From positions 9,413 through 33,412 of the forward strand of contig JBCCIR010000044.1 in NCBI GenBank assembly GCA_039028175.1: 24,000 nt of DNA, read 5' to 3'. Numbering within the stretch: the stretch's first letter is position 1; every line of letters starts with the position of its first letter. Below are positions 22,001 through 24,000 of this stretch, piece after piece. The DNA comes from Verrucomicrobiota bacterium (GTDB lineage: Bacteria > Verrucomicrobiota > Verrucomicrobiia > Verrucomicrobiales > DEV007). A model generated the notes under the pieces. The model saw nothing but the letters and a program-made list of their open reading frames with translations, was not told the origin of the DNA and made no database searches. The position numbers and the translations under genes are program-made.

Positions 22001-22566
22001 TGATTGATGATGTCGATGCGTGTTTGATCGTCGGTGAGGTCGATGGAGGAGGCGAGGTTGAATGTGGCGACGCGTCCTTCTTGGCCTTCGGCGAGTTGGT
22101 AGGTGGATTGGGGGTCAGTTTGTTTGAAGAGCGCGGGGTGTTTTGCCGCGAGGAGGCCAACGGCGGGGCGTCCGGATTCGAGGTAGGATCGGATGAGGTC
22201 TTGTTGGTTTTGGGGGAGTTGATCGAGGGGGGCGCCGACGATGAGGAGGTCGGCGGTGTCGAGGGCTTCGAGGCCGGGCACGTGATGATGGTCGGGATCG
22301 ATGGTTCCGGGTTGGTTGGGGTCTTGTGGGAAGAGGAGGGTGCAATGGAATCCTTGGTGTTGGGCGAGGATTTTGGCGAGTTGGGGCAGGATTTCCTGGG
22401 AGCGGAGATTCTTGTCGCCGGCGATCAGGACGATTTCGCGGCCGTAGCCGGGGAGGTCGTATCCTTCATATGCGATCCACTGTGGTGCATCGGCAGCGTG
22501 GGAGCGAAGGGGGGAGAGGCATAGGAGAAAGCAGGAGAGGAAGAAGAACGGAAGTGGGGATTTCAT
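19057..22566 (-). CDS. Large secreted multidomain protein: ThuA-like N-terminal region (tentative), a DUF6797-like region, a beta-propeller of the glucose/sorbosone-dehydrogenase-like type, and a C-terminal azurin-like cupredoxin domain
   Basis: 1169 aa.
- Signal peptide: MKSPLPFFFLSCFLLCLSPLRSHA.
- YPGIDGGAFGHWGRYSKNSFTDRSWN block, typical of planctomycete/verrucomicrobial 'membrane-bound dehydrogenase' proteins as I recall them.
- Propeller-like repeats: GDVWRV..., NGNGEIDFYENF, GHDFFTGL.
- The C-terminus IPHNLVI...YPYICTFPGHWMIMKG reproduces the azurin copper-ligand pattern (H ... C-x-x-x-x-H-x-x-x-M).
- No CxxCH haem motif occurs anywhere in the protein. Confidence 0.85.
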   Translation of the reverse strand: MKSPLPFFFLSCFLLCLSPLRSHAADAPQWIAYEGYDLPGYGREIVLIAGDKNLRSQEILPQLAKILAQHQGFHCTLLFPQDPNQPGTIDPDHHHVPGLEALDTADLLIVGAPLDQLPQNQQDLIRSYLESGRPAVGLLAAKHPALFKQTDPQSTYQLAEGQEGRVATFNLASSIDLTDDQTRIDIINHILWCLGTNPLDDDSISDLVGNYPPASTSNELADLAYDITVEDPYVESPPEFPFLDVSQNREPYDFADHPRNRFRLYDYYQRQANWFLNRPEKPELLPAYPGIDGGAFGHWGRYSKNSFTDRSWNLMKHDAVFSGILRLAQDRRSNDTTPRAIAFQLGDNGRLSASFDTETLRFAHLWKGDFIGFFPNRYGIGGGIFTDGEVILQSPKSAGWSSNNGFPKTLPDEETEYHGHYRSGNRAVLKYTVDGLTVLESPWAVDTPAGPAFTRTLNFLSDADSPRSLLLFNAEPGTTKATTEGTIVTSGEDATVVVADGHPIDFSSNGELAVRLDEIKKGDELTIKMWTGPATKAEAVLKALQKKSPPANLARFTKGGPAKWDWTFSAPGEVGDSDGTFAFDRIPVPDPHNPYGALMLIGGHDFFSNGDAAVCTMMGDVWRVSGLDDKLENVTWKRIATGLNQALGLSIVDDVIYVLGRDRINRLHDLNGNGEIDFYENFCDAFETSGGGHDFFTGLQQTGDGHWAFSAAGRVVKVSPDGKSTTDLATGLRNTNGVAASKDNIILTSTNEGDWTPVNMVMEVREGDFYGRRAGKDQPIDPPLVYIPRGIDNSAGGQLFIDSPRWDTLKDQILSFSFGAGTWYLILRSETHDRPQGAIVPLPGDFASGAHRARFNPADGHLYVTGAEGWGNYALTQGSFDRIRVTEDPFHLPTAWKAHANGITVTFSDPVDPTAADAANAFAQHWNYEYSQGYGSAEYSIKKPNDAGHDIVPVTSVHLLPDGKTLFFEMPDIQPVMQMHLHAALRDKDGAPFKLDLFPTLLHLDEPFTDFDGSIPIDAGKNRDLALRIRYPLPEKPEDKRKLGPPGRPVEILAVAGLRFDLTEFKVAPGERISLTFDNEDTIPHNLVIIKPGTTQTVGELSNQMMTDPTAYEKHYIPDSSDVLHHTRIIEHNKDHTIRFNAPETPGQYPYICTFPGHWMIMKGVMIVE

Positions 22567-22629
22567 GCGAGAGCGGCGGGTGTCATTAGTAATCGTGGCG
22601 CAGACGGGGTCTCTTTCGGGGGAGGCGGT

Positions 22630-23877
22630 TTATTGGAAGCGAGCGGCGATGGCTTGACCGGCGATGTGGGCGGTGGTCCAGGCGGACTGGAAATTGAAGC
22701 CGCCGGTGAGCCCGTCGATGTCGAGGACTTCGCCCGCGAAGTAGAGACCGGGGACATGTTTTGATTCGAGGGTTTTGAAACTGACATCCTTGAGATGGAC
22801 GCCGCCGCAGGTGACGAACTCTTCTTTGTTGAGGCTCTTGCCGGACACCTGGAAAGTGGAGCGAAGGAGACTGGTGACGAGCTGGTTGAGGTGCGGGCGC
22901 GCGACGTTTGACCAAGCGGTATTTTCGGGGATTCCGACTTGCGCGGCGAGGCGTGACCAGAGGCGGCGGGGGATGGAATCGAAGGGGGATGAAGAGCGAA
23001 CGGCGCGTTTTCCGGCATGTTCGCGTTGGGTGCGAAGCGAGTCACGGATGGCATCCTCTTTTTGGGAGGGAAGCCAATTGACGTCGATGGAGAACGTATA
23101 GTTTTGTTCGGCGAAGGTGCGGGCGCCGAGAGCGGACAGTTTGAGGATGGCGGGACCGCTGAGTCCCCAGTGGGTCACGAGGAGGGGGCCGGAAGCGGAC
23201 AGGCGGGAGGCGGGGGCGTGGACGGAAACGGGATTGACGGTGAGTCCCTGGAGATCGGTCAGGCGTGGGTCTTCGATGTGGAAAGTGAAGAGTGAGGGAG
23301 TGGCGGGCTCGAGATCGTGACCGACGGATTGAACGGGATGGCGGGCGGCGGCGCTGCGGGTGCCGCCGGTGGCGACGATGATGGCGTCGGCGGGGATGCG
23401 ATTGCCGTCGGTGGTATGGACCTCGAACTGGTTTGGGGAAAGAGTGTCGATGCGGGTGACCTCTGTTTTCGTAGACACGGTGACACCGGCTGCGGCGGCG
23501 GCGTTTTTGAGACAGCGAACGACGGTTTGGGAATCATCGGAGGTGGGGAAGATACGACCGTCCTCTTCGACTTTCAGTGGGACGCCTCGTTCTTCGAACC
23601 ATGCGACGGTATCTTCGGGTTGCCAGTGATGGAAGGGGCCGATGAGGGTGCGTTCGCCGCGAGGGTAGTTTGTCGCGAGGGGACGGGGTTCGAAGCAGGC
23701 GTGGGTGACATTGCAGCGGCCGCCGCCGGAGATTTTGACTTTATCGAGGACGTGAGCGGTTCTTTCGAGGATACGGACCTTGGCTTGATTACCCATGGCT
23801 TCGGCGCAGGCGATGGCGCCGAAGAAACCGGCGGCGCCGCCGCCGATGATGAGAATCGTGGGTGAATCAGAGGGCAT
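22630..23877 (-). CDS. BaiN/HI0933-family NAD(P)/FAD-dependent oxidoreductase
   Basis: 415 aa. The N-terminal dinucleotide fold is ILIIGGGAAGFFGAI. The family-typical blocks are ISGGGRCNVTH, HWGLSGPAILKLSA and TCGGV...PGLYFAGEVLDIDGLTGGFNFQSAW. Confidence 0.9.
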   Translation of the reverse strand: MPSDSPTILIIGGGAAGFFGAIACAEAMGNQAKVRILERTAHVLDKVKISGGGRCNVTHACFEPRPLATNYPRGERTLIGPFHHWQPEDTVAWFEERGVPLKVEEDGRIFPTSDDSQTVVRCLKNAAAAAGVTVSTKTEVTRIDTLSPNQFEVHTTDGNRIPADAIIVATGGTRSAAARHPVQSVGHDLEPATPSLFTFHIEDPRLTDLQGLTVNPVSVHAPASRLSASGPLLVTHWGLSGPAILKLSALGARTFAEQNYTFSIDVNWLPSQKEDAIRDSLRTQREHAGKRAVRSSSPFDSIPRRLWSRLAAQVGIPENTAWSNVARPHLNQLVTSLLRSTFQVSGKSLNKEEFVTCGGVHLKDVSFKTLESKHVPGLYFAGEVLDIDGLTGGFNFQSAWTTAHIAGQAIAARFQ

Positions 23878-24000
23878 GTGTGGGCGAGGATGGCGACGTG
23901 GTTGGAGGTTTACAAGATAATGGAGGGGCGATCGGTATTGGAGGAAAACTTGGGAGCAACTTTGGTGGGGATGGAATGGTTGAATAGGGGATGAGAGCGT

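Noticed and set aside
23878-24000. A possible gene start or small ORF at the right edge (atggaggggcgatcgg...).
   Set aside because: The frame closes after about 25 codons (TGA), and nothing recognisable is encoded. This is most likely the promoter or upstream region of the BaiN-family gene.

Overview
This is a high-GC (about 60% in the lines I counted) bacterial chromosomal segment. I see no rRNA, tRNA, CRISPR, transposase or integrase. The gene content suggests a Verrucomicrobiota/PVC-type organism, which is inference only: a PEP-CTERM protein, many lipoproteins, and a 1169-aa secreted beta-propeller protein ending in an azurin-like domain. I call 21 CDS.

Left to right, the genes are:
- a partial OmpR-type response regulator, divergent from htrA/degP
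- a small membrane protein and a DUF4136-like lipoprotein
- a PEP-CTERM protein
- three small polytopic membrane proteins
- a minus-strand signalling operon: REC + class III adenylate cyclase, then a 1244-aa Cache/HAMP/3xPAS hybrid histidine kinase, then REC + AlbA_2 (Schlafen-like)
- a plus-strand envelope cluster: DUF2092 LolA-like lipoprotein, two small proteins, an ABC1/UbiB kinase, an OprD-like porin, an uncharacterised 593-aa membrane protein and an AI-2E transporter
- a small secreted protein, the 1169-aa cupredoxin-containing protein and a BaiN/HI0933 flavoprotein

The most notable observations are:
1. The kinase/cyclase/REC-AlbA_2 operon runs straight into a roughly 1 kb compositionally aberrant islet that encodes the three small membrane proteins. 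This is my best candidate for an undescribed system.
2. A 69-bp duplication of the 3' end of the lipoprotein gene brackets the PEP-CTERM gene.
3. The whole cyclase-kinase spacer is a heptamer tandem repeat that reads as anti-Shine-Dalgarno-like (GACCUCC)n in the mRNA.
4. The window shows an extreme G+T strand bias regardless of gene orientation, so + and - genes use mirror-image codon sets.

All family assignments come from motifs I recognised by eye. None has been checked against a database.
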